A stretch of 64,000 bases of DNA from a virus. Lineage: Duplodnaviria; Caudoviricetes. Both the position numbers and the translations under genes were made by a program. The stretch lies in IMG/VR virus record IMGVR_UViG_3300028591_000082; one strand, written 5' to 3'. The notes under the pieces are model-generated. The model was not told the origin of the DNA and searched no databases. It saw only the letters and a program-made list of their open reading frames with translations. This document shows positions 19,325 to 29,836 of this stretch, one piece after another; positions within the stretch are counted from its first letter, which is position 1; every line of letters begins with the position of its first letter.

Positions 19325-20016
19325 TATTTACTCCTTTTCTTTGTTTCTTTTTTTGGGCTATTAATAATTTTCTGAATTTCAGCGTTAATTATTTTTTCAT
19401 ATTTACTTGTTACTTCTTGAACTGCTTTCTGCTTTTCATTATCTTCTTTTGTATATGCTTCAAGTCTCTTTATTGTTTCTTCAGCATTAAACCAGAAATC
19501 TTTTCCATTGAGACAAGCTTCAATTTCTTCATCTGTCATAAAATCTTTGTAAAGCTCTCTAAATTGAGGTTCTGAAGATTTTTCATCAAAATGATATTGT
19601 GCTTTTATTTCATGCCATTTTCCAGCCAAGACTTCACTCCAAGAATGAACCATAACAGTTGCATGTGGAGAAACTTCCCACTCATTTGCTGCAAGCATTA
19701 TATCTGTAGCAGCTGAGGCGCAAATTCCTTCAATACAAGCCTTTACATTTGCATCTGTTTTTAATAATGCATCATGTAGGTTCATAGAAACAAATGTATT
19801 TCCACCATAACAATTTATATGAATTACGATTTCATCTCCAGTCCTACAACTTTCAACAGCCCTTAAAAAATCAATATAATCATCAATGCTTTCAATTACT
19901 TCTGTAAGATAGAAATCAATTTTTCTACCCTGATCTGTATCGACTACTTTCAAAGGATCGTTTAAAACAGCGACCTTTTCCATAGGTTGCAAATTTCCGC
20001 CTTCAAATCTTCTCAT
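19324..20016 (-). CDS. clpP: ClpP-like serine protease
   Basis: IHINCYGG, GICASAAT (catalytic Ser), MVHS (His), DFWFNAEE. Confidence 0.85.
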   Translation of the reverse strand: MRRFEGGNLQPMEKVAVLNDPLKVVDTDQGRKIDFYLTEVIESIDDYIDFLRAVESCRTGDEIVIHINCYGGNTFVSMNLHDALLKTDANVKACIEGICASAATDIMLAANEWEVSPHATVMVHSWSEVLAGKWHEIKAQYHFDEKSSEPQFRELYKDFMTDEEIEACLNGKDFWFNAEETIKRLEAYTKEDNEKQKAVQEVTSKYEKIINAEIQKIINSPKKETKKRSK

Positions 20017-20029
20017 TACTTCTCCTTTT

Positions 20030-20653
20030 TTACATTTCTTCAAATAATAGTATATTATCGTTTACTTTGTCAAGATAAGCAGATTTACTTTTCTTTTTGG
20101 CATGTACATGCCCTTCGTTATATGCTATTATTTTTTTATTAGTTCCATAAACCCCATATTTTTCATTATATTCATAAATCCAACAAGAAACAATAACATT
20201 TATTCTTATATCATACAAATCTTCTGGTTTATAATCAGTACCATTTTTCCAATTATAATCAGTCAATCCAATTTCAGATACTTGCCCAACACCTCTACCA
20301 AATTCAGCTCCACAATATGAGTTTGCATACATCTTAAATTTACTTTCTTGCTTGTATATAGCAAGCATTATTAAAGGTTCTTCTGAATTTTCTTCAAGAG
20401 TATCTAATAATATTTTTATTTGTTGCTTATTTAGATTTCCATATGTTTCGATGAACTTTTCCATTTTTAATCTTATTAATTCATCTTCAGAAACTATTTC
20501 TTCTTGTATTATTTGAGGTTCTTCTATTATTTCATTTGTAACAGATTGCTCTTGCTTTTGTTCTATTTTTATTTCTATAACAAGAGTAATCTGTACAGCA
20601 ATTAATATAATTGCTGCCGCAATAAGCGACAGCAACTTCGTATTTCTACGCAT
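20030..20653 (-). CDS. Membrane-anchored lytic transglycosylase (SLT)
   Basis: N-terminal TM, QESKF, GVGQV, AYNEG. Confidence 0.85.
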   Translation of the reverse strand: MRRNTKLLSLIAAAIILIAVQITLVIEIKIEQKQEQSVTNEIIEEPQIIQEEIVSEDELIRLKMEKFIETYGNLNKQQIKILLDTLEENSEEPLIMLAIYKQESKFKMYANSYCGAEFGRGVGQVSEIGLTDYNWKNGTDYKPEDLYDIRINVIVSCWIYEYNEKYGVYGTNKKIIAYNEGHVHAKKKSKSAYLDKVNDNILLFEEM

Positions 20654-21929
20654 TTTCTTTATCTATTTCCATCTGTTTAATCATTGAAGCTAACTCGATT
20701 TCTTCATCTCCAGTATCAACTCCATTTTCAGCTAAAGCTTCATTAATGTCATTAACATCGAGATTTTGTCTTATTCTCTTCAATTCTTCTTCTCTGTTGT
20801 CAAGAGCTTTCTGAAGTTTTTCTACATTTTCCTCTTCATTTTCTTCAAAGAGTTTTAAAAAATCCTTTTTATAGAAAGCTTTATCCCAAAGTGCTGGTAT
20901 AGAATACATTGAGCCACTCTTTGTACAAAGTCCATAATCTTTTAACATTTCAAAAAGACCAGAATTTTGTACAATACCGAAATCGGCATCCATAAGATAT
21001 GTGGCATTTTTATTGGTTGTACCAAATCTAGATTTAGTAACCCTTGCTCTTACAATAGATAAACAAGTACCAATAGCACTCTTTCTACTTAACTTCTCGT
21101 CGTCTACTTCTTTTCCAGACAATTCTACAGCATTTGTGTCGTTCATTGCAAGATTAGTAAGTTCAATACTGAGAGATGGGTTATAGATTACAGAATCTCC
21201 ACCTTTCTGAATAAATCCAGTATATTCATCCATAGAATTATATACTTTATTTGTAAATACGAGTGTACAATGAGCTTCTTCAAGTAAAGAATCTATTGAA
21301 CTAAACAAATCATTTAAATTCTGACCTGTCATTCCCATATCATATCCACCAGAAAGTTGTCTTACCGATTTAACATTTCCAAGAGAATCTATAGCAAGAA
21401 GAATTTCTTCTTCATTGTGATTATAAATCAATTTATTAAGGATACCCTTAAGCATTGATATAAGACCTCTCTTGTAGAAAAAAGAATCACTTTCTAGATT
21501 TGCAGGAAGTTCTTTCTCTGAAATCTCTGTAATTGTTCCATCTTTCTTTGAAATCTTATAAGAAGTAAATGTTTGAATTGGTACAATTCTTACTTTATCA
21601 TAAGGTGAATTAACGAATTCAAAAAGTGAGCGGCAGTTACCACCACCTTCTGATTCAAATATAATTGTTCTTTTAATTCTTGGATCTTTGTTTATATTAG
21701 CAATAAGCAGAGATTTACCAGTTTGAGACCTTCCATACAAAGATGAAATTCTATGCATTGGAATAGCCCCTTTTAAATTCTTTGAACATATATAATTCAA
21801 AGCATAATTACCAGTAGTAAGAAATTCTGATACAGAATCATCATCTTTTGATAAATCTCTTATCTCTGCGAATTCATCTGCTATAAGATCATCAAGAGAA
21901 TTTCCACTACTACTTTTGCTTTTTGCCAT
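20646..21929 (-). CDS. recA: RecA/UvsX recombinase
   Basis: TTGNYALN, GRSQTGKS, IDSLG, GG, KSRF. Confidence 0.9.
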   Translation of the reverse strand: MAKSKSSSGNSLDDLIADEFAEIRDLSKDDDSVSEFLTTGNYALNYICSKNLKGAIPMHRISSLYGRSQTGKSLLIANINKDPRIKRTIIFESEGGGNCRSLFEFVNSPYDKVRIVPIQTFTSYKISKKDGTITEISEKELPANLESDSFFYKRGLISMLKGILNKLIYNHNEEEILLAIDSLGNVKSVRQLSGGYDMGMTGQNLNDLFSSIDSLLEEAHCTLVFTNKVYNSMDEYTGFIQKGGDSVIYNPSLSIELTNLAMNDTNAVELSGKEVDDEKLSRKSAIGTCLSIVRARVTKSRFGTTNKNATYLMDADFGIVQNSGLFEMLKDYGLCTKSGSMYSIPALWDKAFYKKDFLKLFEENEEENVEKLQKALDNREEELKRIRQNLDVNDINEALAENGVDTGDEEIELASMIKQMEIDKENA

Positions 21930-22224
21930 TCTTAGCTCCTCTTACAGATACATCAGCAGTTATTTTTGCATTTGCCAATGTGTTAAGTGCATTATCATCT
22001 TTTGGTTTTTTAATTTCTTCTTTTGGCTCTTCTTTAACGCCCTCATTTGGTTCATTATTTTCAGAATGGCAGTTACAACCACCATTACCTCTTACCAATC
22101 TTACAATAAAATTAAAAAACGCTCTTAACAAATCAAGTGCAACACTACCAACAACAACTATACCAACTGTTATACCAGCCCATACCCAGAAATTAGATGT
22201 ATAATATGTTAATATTTCTTTCAT
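21910..22224 (-). CDS. Small membrane protein
   Basis: Hydrophobic N-terminal segment, AGGAG SD. Confidence 0.6.
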   Translation of the reverse strand: MKEILTYYTSNFWVWAGITVGIVVVGSVALDLLRAFFNFIVRLVRGNGGCNCHSENNEPNEGVKEEPKEEIKKPKDDNALNTLANAKITADVSVRGAKNGKKQK

Positions 22225-22253
22225 ATTTTCTCCTTTATATTAAAAAATATATA

Positions 22254-23132
22254 CTAGATTTTTGAAAGAATGTCATCTATATCATCTGGTAAGGTTTCTG
22301 TCTTTGGAGCTTCTGATTTTACTTCTTTTACTCCAAAAACTTGATCTTCAAAAGAACTAACAGCATCAGTTGCTGCTTCAACAGTTTCTTCTGACTTAAC
22401 TGTTTCGTTGAAATAATCTCCAAGAAGTTCTTTTAATTCCTCTGGTGATTTAAATTCTACCAACTGACTATAATCCATCTTTTTAAGAGAATCTGACAAA
22501 GTTTGAACTTTTGCAGCATCTGTAAATACAGGTGTCTGTTTCATTGATAATGAAGAACCAGAATAATCTGTATTTTTTCCAGTTCCTGTTTTTGAAAGAA
22601 GGAAATCTCTTCCATCTTTAAGTGAAAGGAAATTACCACACTCACCAAGCTTCATCTGCCCAAACAAATATGTATGAATCTTTGAACCAAATTCATAGAA
22701 TTGCGGAACAGCTTCTATATCGTTTCCTTTCTCATCTTTAAGTCCTCTTACAACAACTCTTGAAACATATCTATCCTTTGCAGAAATAGATGATGCAAGT
22801 TTTGCTTCTTCAGATTCCTTACCTGTTGAAAGTGCATAAAGTGCATTCTTTTTCTTACAAATAGGGCACTCTTCAGCTTCGTGAACAACACCATTTTTAT
22901 CTGTAAGAGTCTGATTTAAACAGAAATAAGGTTTCTTATTAATGTAATGGATTTTATGTCTTTGATAGAAGACAACTTCGTTAAAACTCTTTAACGGCGA
23001 AATGAAACGAATTGGATAAGTTCCTTCGTTTTTAGGGTTCCAGTAAAGAAGATTTCCTCTAGATTCTTTTTCTTCTTTCTCCATAGCCTGCAACATTGCG
23101 TTGTAGTCATCATTTGAAAAATCGTTACTCAT
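22254..23132 (-). CDS. Single-stranded DNA-binding protein (T4 gp32-like)
   Basis: YWNP....G...IRF, H...C...CPIC zinc site, GRDF, DYSGS, acidic C-terminal tail. Confidence 0.88.
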   Translation of the reverse strand: MSNDFSNDDYNAMLQAMEKEEKESRGNLLYWNPKNEGTYPIRFISPLKSFNEVVFYQRHKIHYINKKPYFCLNQTLTDKNGVVHEAEECPICKKKNALYALSTGKESEEAKLASSISAKDRYVSRVVVRGLKDEKGNDIEAVPQFYEFGSKIHTYLFGQMKLGECGNFLSLKDGRDFLLSKTGTGKNTDYSGSSLSMKQTPVFTDAAKVQTLSDSLKKMDYSQLVEFKSPEELKELLGDYFNETVKSEETVEAATDAVSSFEDQVFGVKEVKSEAPKTETLPDDIDDILSKI

Positions 23133-23202
23133 AATTTATCTCCTGCCTAAACGGTGCTATAGTGCTCTAAGGCGATGTGCGTGTTTAGGTCTTTATACCA
23201 AT

Positions 23203-23231
23203 AGTTTATAATATAAAAAAATTTAAGTCAA
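23203..23231 (-). promoter_or_regulatory. Sigma70-type promoter for ssb
   Basis: TTGACT-17-TAAACT. Confidence 0.6.
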
Positions 23232-23307
23232 TCAAATTACTTTGATTTTATTTTAACTTTGTTTTTGATATATAAAAAATTATAACAAATTATTTTTAAA
23301 AGTAAAT

Positions 23308-23334
23308 AAAAAAGGCGACCTAATTAGGTCGCCT
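23308..23334 (-). terminator. Intrinsic terminator
   Basis: Perfect palindrome AGGCGACCTAATTAGGTCGCCT followed by U-tract on minus strand. Confidence 0.8.
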
Positions 23335-23354
23335 ATATTTGCAAAAATATCTAA

Positions 23355-24473
23355 TTAAAGAGAAAGAATTGCAATACTCTCTTTAATTGCTCCAACATCT
23401 GTTTCATTATTCTTTGAGCTTGATTCAATTGCTGTAAGAAGAGCATTTATTTTTGAAACAAGTTTTTCATCTTCAATCTTGTCAGCTGCTGTTTCAAGTG
23501 CTTTCTTAAGCTTTTCTACGTCACTATCTTTAGCTGCAAGCTTTTCATCTTCTTTTTTCTCTTTATCGTCTTCACCTTCGAAATCGTCATCGCTCAAAGC
23601 TTCTTCGATAATAGATTTCTTGTCTGAAAGATATTCACTTTCTTCGATAATTTTATTAATTTCATCTGCAAGTTCTTTTCTTTCTGCAACAAGTTTTGGT
23701 TCTCCAAGAACACTCATTCCAACAAATTCTTTGAATTCGCTTTCATTAAGACCCATAATCATTTCATTATTTCCAACATAGTCTTCAATAACTGTAGGAT
23801 CTTCTGTTTCTTTATATACCTTGATTGCTTCAAGAAGTGCCTTCTTTGCTTCTGAATCTTTTGAGAATTTTGCAACTTTATCTGAAATATCAGAATAAAT
23901 TACTCTTTCTTCATCTTCATCAAGAACTGCTACTTTTACTGGGTGTACAAAATCAATATAGTGAATTGTAGAAACTGGTCTTTCTTCAAGAAGTGCAGAA
24001 TATTCTTCAAAAAGTGATGTTTCTTTAAGTTCATCAAGTTCTTCATTAATTCCGCAAAGTGGTGAATAATCAATTACATCACTAATATTCTTTGAAGCAA
24101 GTGCTTCAACTATTGAATCTTGAAGTTCATTATCATCTTTTTCGAATTCTTCAGAAAGAGCTTCGCCAATTCTTTCTGTATCAACTACTTCTTCATTAAA
24201 GTAATCACTAACTGCTTCTCTAAGTGAATTTGTTTCCTTCTCTAATTCAATATTTTCAAAATTTTCAAAAACAAAAGTATTGCCATCAAAACTGTAATCA
24301 GCAGTATAAATATTACCATTTGTATGGTCTGCAAGCAACACTTTATCCTCAAACATTTCCATAAGAACGGCGTTTGAGCTTTCATTTATAATTTTTCTTG
24401 CAAGCTTTTCAACCATTCTATTGCTATGTGCTATAGTATCTGATAATTTGCTAATTGTCATAGTAATCTCCAT
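23355..24473 (-). CDS. Acidic prohead core/scaffold-like protein
   Basis: Very acidic and helical, many I/L-x-E sites, downstream of portal, late motif at 24482-24488; true start may be 24461. Confidence 0.5.
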   Translation of the reverse strand: MEITMTISKLSDTIAHSNRMVEKLARKIINESSNAVLMEMFEDKVLLADHTNGNIYTADYSFDGNTFVFENFENIELEKETNSLREAVSDYFNEEVVDTERIGEALSEEFEKDDNELQDSIVEALASKNISDVIDYSPLCGINEELDELKETSLFEEYSALLEERPVSTIHYIDFVHPVKVAVLDEDEERVIYSDISDKVAKFSKDSEAKKALLEAIKVYKETEDPTVIEDYVGNNEMIMGLNESEFKEFVGMSVLGEPKLVAERKELADEINKIIEESEYLSDKKSIIEEALSDDDFEGEDDKEKKEDEKLAAKDSDVEKLKKALETAADKIEDEKLVSKINALLTAIESSSKNNETDVGAIKESIAILSL

Positions 24474-24496
24474 TTATACTTTTAACTTTGTCGTTT

Positions 24497-24907
24497 TTAT
24501 AGTTTATATATAGTTCTAGACAATTCAAGACTTCTGCGCTTAATTACGTTAAATTCTTTTTTAAGTATTTGAATTTTATCTATAACAAATGGGTTACTAT
24601 ATTCATCTTTTAACGATATATTTCTTACATAGACTTTATTTTTTTCTATTTTTTCAACAACAAGGACATCCCCTCTTGTGATATCCTTAAATACTTTTAA
24701 TAAAGGTGATTTTTCTTTTATAAGAATCTTTTTCCATTGTTGACTAGAAGCACTAGGAACAGTCATTCTTATTCCATCAATAATATAATTATTTTTTTTC
24801 AAAACAAATTGGGTTTTGTAAGTCTCAAGCATATCACCTGGACTTACAATTTCAATTTCATTATTAATTTTTTTTAATATGTCATTAATGGTTTTTTCAT
24901 ATTTCAT
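24497..24907 (-). CDS. Hypothetical protein
   Basis: ATGA overlap with portal stop. Confidence 0.6.
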   Translation of the reverse strand: MKYEKTINDILKKINNEIEIVSPGDMLETYKTQFVLKKNNYIIDGIRMTVPSASSQQWKKILIKEKSPLLKVFKDITRGDVLVVEKIEKNKVYVRNISLKDEYSNPFVIDKIQILKKEFNVIKRRSLELSRTIYKL

Positions 24908-26907
24908 TTTAAGGTCTTTGTTTCCTCGCTTTCTGTAAGTACTTCTTCTGCCTTTTTACCTTTTCCTTTCTGTTTAACTCTAGAATAAACACTAAATGAA
25001 TGAGAATCATATTTTAAACCACCAAGCTCATTTTCATAAAGTAATGAAATTGCTTCATCATTTGTAGTTTTTACTTTTTTAACACCCATTGCTTTCTGCA
25101 TTTCTGTAAGAATTTCGGCATTAAAATCTTCTTCTCTATTTACTTCTTTTAGTATCTTTTGCTCTTCGTTATATTCGTCCAAAGCCTTAAATAATTTACC
25201 GATATCTTGTTTATGTTCAAGAAGAACATCTTTTCCAAACATTTTTACGATAAGTTCCTGATTAATTACATTTTCTGAACCATCTATTGGTTGCTGACCA
25301 GGTTGTTGTGCATTATTATCTGGAGTTAGAGATGGCTGCATTCCCATATCTGGAGCTCCACCAATACCACCAGTCATTCCACCACCTATGCCACCACCAG
25401 GCATTCCACCAGCTGCTTGAGCTGCTGCATTATTTTCAACACTCTTAAAGAATGACAAATCATTTATTTCTTTGTTTGTCATTTTCATTACGTATTTTAG
25501 AATAAATTTACTTGGGAATAATTGTGTAGACATCATAGCAGAAATAAGAGACATTTTTTGATTAAGATATTCAATATCCATTATTTCCTTGATATTTGAA
25601 GGAGATGTTAATTCTATTTTAAAGTTTTTAAGATCATCTTTCTTCTTTTTCTTAAAGAAAAGCTCAATTGCTGCAAGCTTTATAAGTCCTTCTTCTATAT
25701 AATACTGAATTCTTTCAGCAAATCTTGCGAACTTAATATCCTGCATAGCAAGAGAACCACGTCCACCAGCACCAGCACCATTTCCATCTGAAGAACCTAA
25801 GTACTCTGGCGGAATATTCATTGTCCAAAGAATTTGATCTTTAAAGTATTTAATATCATCTATATTATTAAGAGCGTTTCCAGCTTGAAGTGTATCAATT
25901 ACTGTTGCTGCTCCATTATCCTTAACTGGAAGGAAAATATCTTGAGTAATTGCAAGAGCAGCTGCTTTTCTATCAATATTTCCTCTTTCGTCAAGAACCT
26001 GGCTTGTTCTGTAAGAATCTCTAATCTTTTGAACATATCTAAGCGCTTCATTTTTAGGAAGATTCCCTACTGGAATCTTAAATACTCTTCTTTCTGGAAC
26101 ACGAGCCATCCTATAAATAACCATTCCGTCTTCAAGAAGCTGTAATCTATTATATACTTTTATACCTGATTTTAAAAGCGAACCACCATAAGGATAAAAA
26201 TCTTTATCTGCAATTCTAAAGTGAATAATTTGCCAAGGTTCAAGTTTGTAAACTACATTTTTATTTTCTGTATCATTTGTGAGATCTGTATTTACATAAT
26301 TAAAAGTGTTTTGTTCATCTGAAGTTTCTGTAGAGTATGTATAAAATGCAAGTTTACCATTCTTTTCAATTCTGTTTACTTTTGTAGGATCAAGATAACG
26401 AATTCTTGCAACCATTGTTGGCTTATCATAACTATCTGGAATTACTTCATAGAAGTTATCACCAAGTTTACAAGTTTCATATACTATAGACCATAATTCT
26501 TTATTAAAATTAAGTCTATTATAAAATAAATCTTCAAGAATTTCTTTTATTTCATCATCATCAGAATTAATTTTTACTGTATGACCTTCTTGGTTTTTCT
26601 GAGAGCAATCATCAGCAATAATTTGCAAACCTCTATGAATAAAATTACAATTACTCATATCCTGGAATGTCTGATAATATTCTTTTCTATTTATTTTTCC
26701 TTCTTTTGAGAGAAATGTATTATTGTTTTGAAAACTAAAATCAACATTTATTAACGAATCTGAATCAAAGTTTTCGAGTTCTTTTACTTCTTTTTTGCTT
26801 GCTTCTACTTTAAGTGTTTCAGGAAGTGCATCTATTGGATTCATTTTTCTCTGAATCTCTTCAGCCTTCCTGAAATTTATATTTACATCCTTTCCGTTAA
26901 CAATCAT
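24904..26907 (-). CDS. Portal protein (T4 gp20-like)
   Basis: LLEDGMVIYRMARVPERRVFKIPVGNLP, DIFLPV, IDTL, DDIKYF, DIKFARF. Confidence 0.93.
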   Translation of the reverse strand: MIVNGKDVNINFRKAEEIQRKMNPIDALPETLKVEASKKEVKELENFDSDSLINVDFSFQNNNTFLSKEGKINRKEYYQTFQDMSNCNFIHRGLQIIADDCSQKNQEGHTVKINSDDDEIKEILEDLFYNRLNFNKELWSIVYETCKLGDNFYEVIPDSYDKPTMVARIRYLDPTKVNRIEKNGKLAFYTYSTETSDEQNTFNYVNTDLTNDTENKNVVYKLEPWQIIHFRIADKDFYPYGGSLLKSGIKVYNRLQLLEDGMVIYRMARVPERRVFKIPVGNLPKNEALRYVQKIRDSYRTSQVLDERGNIDRKAAALAITQDIFLPVKDNGAATVIDTLQAGNALNNIDDIKYFKDQILWTMNIPPEYLGSSDGNGAGAGGRGSLAMQDIKFARFAERIQYYIEEGLIKLAAIELFFKKKKKDDLKNFKIELTSPSNIKEIMDIEYLNQKMSLISAMMSTQLFPSKFILKYVMKMTNKEINDLSFFKSVENNAAAQAAGGMPGGGIGGGMTGGIGGAPDMGMQPSLTPDNNAQQPGQQPIDGSENVINQELIVKMFGKDVLLEHKQDIGKLFKALDEYNEEQKILKEVNREEDFNAEILTEMQKAMGVKKVKTTNDEAISLLYENELGGLKYDSHSFSVYSRVKQKGKGKKAEEVLTESEETKTLK

Positions 26908-26942
26908 TAAAAAATCTCCAGGTCTACTATGTTAACTTTTTT

Positions 26943-27425
26943 TTAGATTCTAACGTTTCTTTTCGGAAGCTTATTTAATGTAGATAAAGTTGATAATCTA
27001 TTTGCAACACTTTCATATGATAAATACATATCATCACCATTGTTTCCAATAAATCTAAAATATTTTACAGGCATTTCTTTTTCAATTAAGTGAATTGTAT
27101 TAAAATCAGACTTAATAAATAATTCAGTTATGTTATCTTCAAGTGCATCTGCAAGAGCTATAAACCTAAATTTTAAATAACCTTCTAAATTATTTATATA
27201 TTCATTATACATACCACCAGTAGAGTTTAACAGATCATTTTGATATTCTGTCAATTTTTCCAGTATTCTTGGCTCCCAAATTGTAATAAATTTACCAAGG
27301 AATCTGGCAAATTCACTATTATTAATAGCAATAAATGAAATATCATCTTCAAATTCTATTCGAAAATCATTTACTCTGCCATAATCTACATCAAGTTTTA
27401 TTTCTTTTATAAATATTCTTCTCAT
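26943..27425 (-). CDS. Hypothetical protein (C-terminal VRI tag)
   Basis: Start assigned at 27425 just after TTGACT-16-TAAAAT. Confidence 0.55.
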   Translation of the reverse strand: MRRIFIKEIKLDVDYGRVNDFRIEFEDDISFIAINNSEFARFLGKFITIWEPRILEKLTEYQNDLLNSTGGMYNEYINNLEGYLKFRFIALADALEDNITELFIKSDFNTIHLIEKEMPVKYFRFIGNNGDDMYLSYESVANRLSTLSTLNKLPKRNVRI

Positions 27426-27464
27426 AATAAAAAATTTTAAACATTGTTTAAAAAAAGTCAAGTA

Positions 27465-27860
27465 TTATATCTTAACAATACATCTACTAGCAACTGTTCT
27501 TTTTTTTGCTTTTACAAGTGCACTTACACAAATATTTGAAAAAACCTGTTTAAAATATATAGTTCTTCCATTATATGTATTAATTATAAAATCTCTTGAT
27601 GCTAATTCTTCAAGAATAAATTGACCAAAAAGACTAACTATAGTCATTCCAATGCTATATGATACTCTATTTGAAATATACATTGGATTGTTATTAATCT
27701 TTTCTATAAATTTTCTAATTATATTTTCAAAAGTTGGAGATATTATTATTAATTTTTTTGTTCTTGGTGTAAATTCAATATTTACATCACCATTTGTTCT
27801 TTCGATACCACTAATAAAAAATTTTCCAACATTAAAAAAATCAGCTTCAAGCATAAACAT
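27465..27860 (-). CDS. Hypothetical protein (C-terminal VKI tag)
   Basis: TTGATT-17-TATAAT ends 6 nt before ATG. Confidence 0.55.
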   Translation of the reverse strand: MFMLEADFFNVGKFFISGIERTNGDVNIEFTPRTKKLIIISPTFENIIRKFIEKINNNPMYISNRVSYSIGMTIVSLFGQFILEELASRDFIINTYNGRTIYFKQVFSNICVSALVKAKKRTVASRCIVKI

Positions 27861-27925
27861 ATTTATATTATACTATACACTAATATTTAAATCAAGTTAA
27901 ATAAGGAAACGAGCAGAAAAAAAGT

Positions 27926-29836
27926 ATGAATGAAATAGAAAAAAAATTTTCGGATGCTATAAAATATAAAATAAAACATTATTCAATAAATACAACATAT
28001 GAAAAAGTTCTAGCACATGCAAAAAATAAATTTGTAGAAACGGTATATCCAGATGGAGAAAGAGAACTTATAGATATAGGATGTGAAAAATTTTTATATC
28101 AAATGTCTCCATTACTTTTTCTTGAAAAATGGTGCTTTTTTGATTTGCCTGGTGTTGGAAGAATTTCTTGTAAACATTTATATTATTTTCAAAAAGAAAT
28201 TTTAAAAGATTTTACAAACTATCAAAGAATTGTGCTTTGTAAATCACGTCAGGTTGGTCTTTCTACACTTACTTCTCTTATATTTTTTTGGAAAGCTGTA
28301 TGTTTTTCAAGAGAATGGCTTGTTGTTATATCAAAAGACGCTAAATCATCTATGGAAGTTCTTGAAAAAATTAAAACAAATTTTGATTGTATTCCACCTT
28401 GGTTCGGATTAAGTGTTACAAAAAATAATACAGAAAGTTGTGCGTTTTCAAACAGAAGTAAAATAGATAGCTTTGCTCGTTCAAAATCTGCTGGTCGTGG
28501 TTGTTCTCCAACAATGGCACTTCTTGATGAGTGTGCTTTCTATACAACTGATAAAATAGTACAGGGAATTGTATCATCTGTAGTTCCTTCTCTTTCTAAA
28601 ACTGGTGGTAGAATGTTTGTAATTTCTACGCCTAATGGAAATATACCAGGTTCAGAGGGATATTGGTATTATGACCAAGTAAGACAGCTTAAAGATTGTG
28701 GCGGAAAAGATGGAAGTGCTATATTATATGATGTAAGTTGGTGGGAAATACCAGATATGGAAGAACCACCAATACCTCCATTTAAAGGATTTAATAAAAA
28801 ACTTCAAGAATATATAGATCGTGATTACTTTAATCATCCAGAAGTAAAAAGAGAAGCTGAAGCATTTTTTGAGCCAATCGCAAGAGATTGGAAAAATAAT
28901 GATTGGCTTAAATTCCAACATTCTTCTTCTGGTGAAGTAAAATACCGTCAGGAAATTCTTAAAGACTTCGTAATCATGGAGAATACTGTATTCTCTGCTG
29001 AAATTATCGAAAGAACAAAAAAGAAAATAAAAGAGCCTATTGAAATGAACGTTCTTGAAGGTAGAAGTTTTAAAAACTTCTGGGTTTGGAAAAAACCAGA
29101 AATTAATAAAAAATATATAGTTTCAATAGATGTTTCAAAAGGTACATCAAATGACTCTTCTGTAATAGAAGTTCTTGATATGACTACCTTGGAACAAGTA
29201 GCTGAATATTTTGGAAAATGTACAACTATGGATTTAGCAAGATATGCCTATAATATAGGTACTTATTATAATCAGGCATATGTAGTTGTAGAATGTAACT
29301 CTATTGGTGAAGCAACTTTTAGTGAACTTTATTATAATCTTAATTATCCAAATCTTTATAAACAAAAGAAAGTAAAAGAAGGAAGAGAAATTTGGACTGG
29401 ATGGATGACTACTCAAAAATCAAGAGAGTTGATAACATCAAAACTTATAGATTATTTTTATGAAGATGATTTATGGGCAGCATTTTCACCTCATTCTGAA
29501 AGACTTCTTGGACAACTTACTGGTTGGATTTGGAAAGGCGGTAGACCAGATCATCAAACTGGTGGTCACGATGATGCCATATTGTCTTTAGCAATTGGAC
29601 TTTATAATATTGATAAAGCAAAAACAGAAATAATTAATGATAATGATACAGTATTTATAGACGAAAATGGTAATGATATAATATATAATATGGATACAAA
29701 ATCAGACAAATATTCTGAATTAGAAGAGCGCGGTATTAATGTAAAATATGAACAAAGAAAAATGTATAAAAATGCTGGTATGAATGAAGATATGTTTGAT
29801 GATGGTGAAAATATTATGAATTGGTTACTTAGTTAG
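27926..29836 (+). CDS. Terminase large subunit (T4 gp17-like)
   Basis: KSRQVGLST, LLDECAF, ISTPNG, IDVSKG...D.S, VVECNSIG, HDD. Confidence 0.93.
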   Translation: MNEIEKKFSDAIKYKIKHYSINTTYEKVLAHAKNKFVETVYPDGERELIDIGCEKFLYQMSPLLFLEKWCFFDLPGVGRISCKHLYYFQKEILKDFTNYQRIVLCKSRQVGLSTLTSLIFFWKAVCFSREWLVVISKDAKSSMEVLEKIKTNFDCIPPWFGLSVTKNNTESCAFSNRSKIDSFARSKSAGRGCSPTMALLDECAFYTTDKIVQGIVSSVVPSLSKTGGRMFVISTPNGNIPGSEGYWYYDQVRQLKDCGGKDGSAILYDVSWWEIPDMEEPPIPPFKGFNKKLQEYIDRDYFNHPEVKREAEAFFEPIARDWKNNDWLKFQHSSSGEVKYRQEILKDFVIMENTVFSAEIIERTKKKIKEPIEMNVLEGRSFKNFWVWKKPEINKKYIVSIDVSKGTSNDSSVIEVLDMTTLEQVAEYFGKCTTMDLARYAYNIGTYYNQAYVVVECNSIGEATFSELYYNLNYPNLYKQKKVKEGREIWTGWMTTQKSRELITSKLIDYFYEDDLWAAFSPHSERLLGQLTGWIWKGGRPDHQTGGHDDAILSLAIGLYNIDKAKTEIINDNDTVFIDENGNDIIYNMDTKSDKYSELEERGINVKYEQRKMYKNAGMNEDMFDDGENIMNWLLS

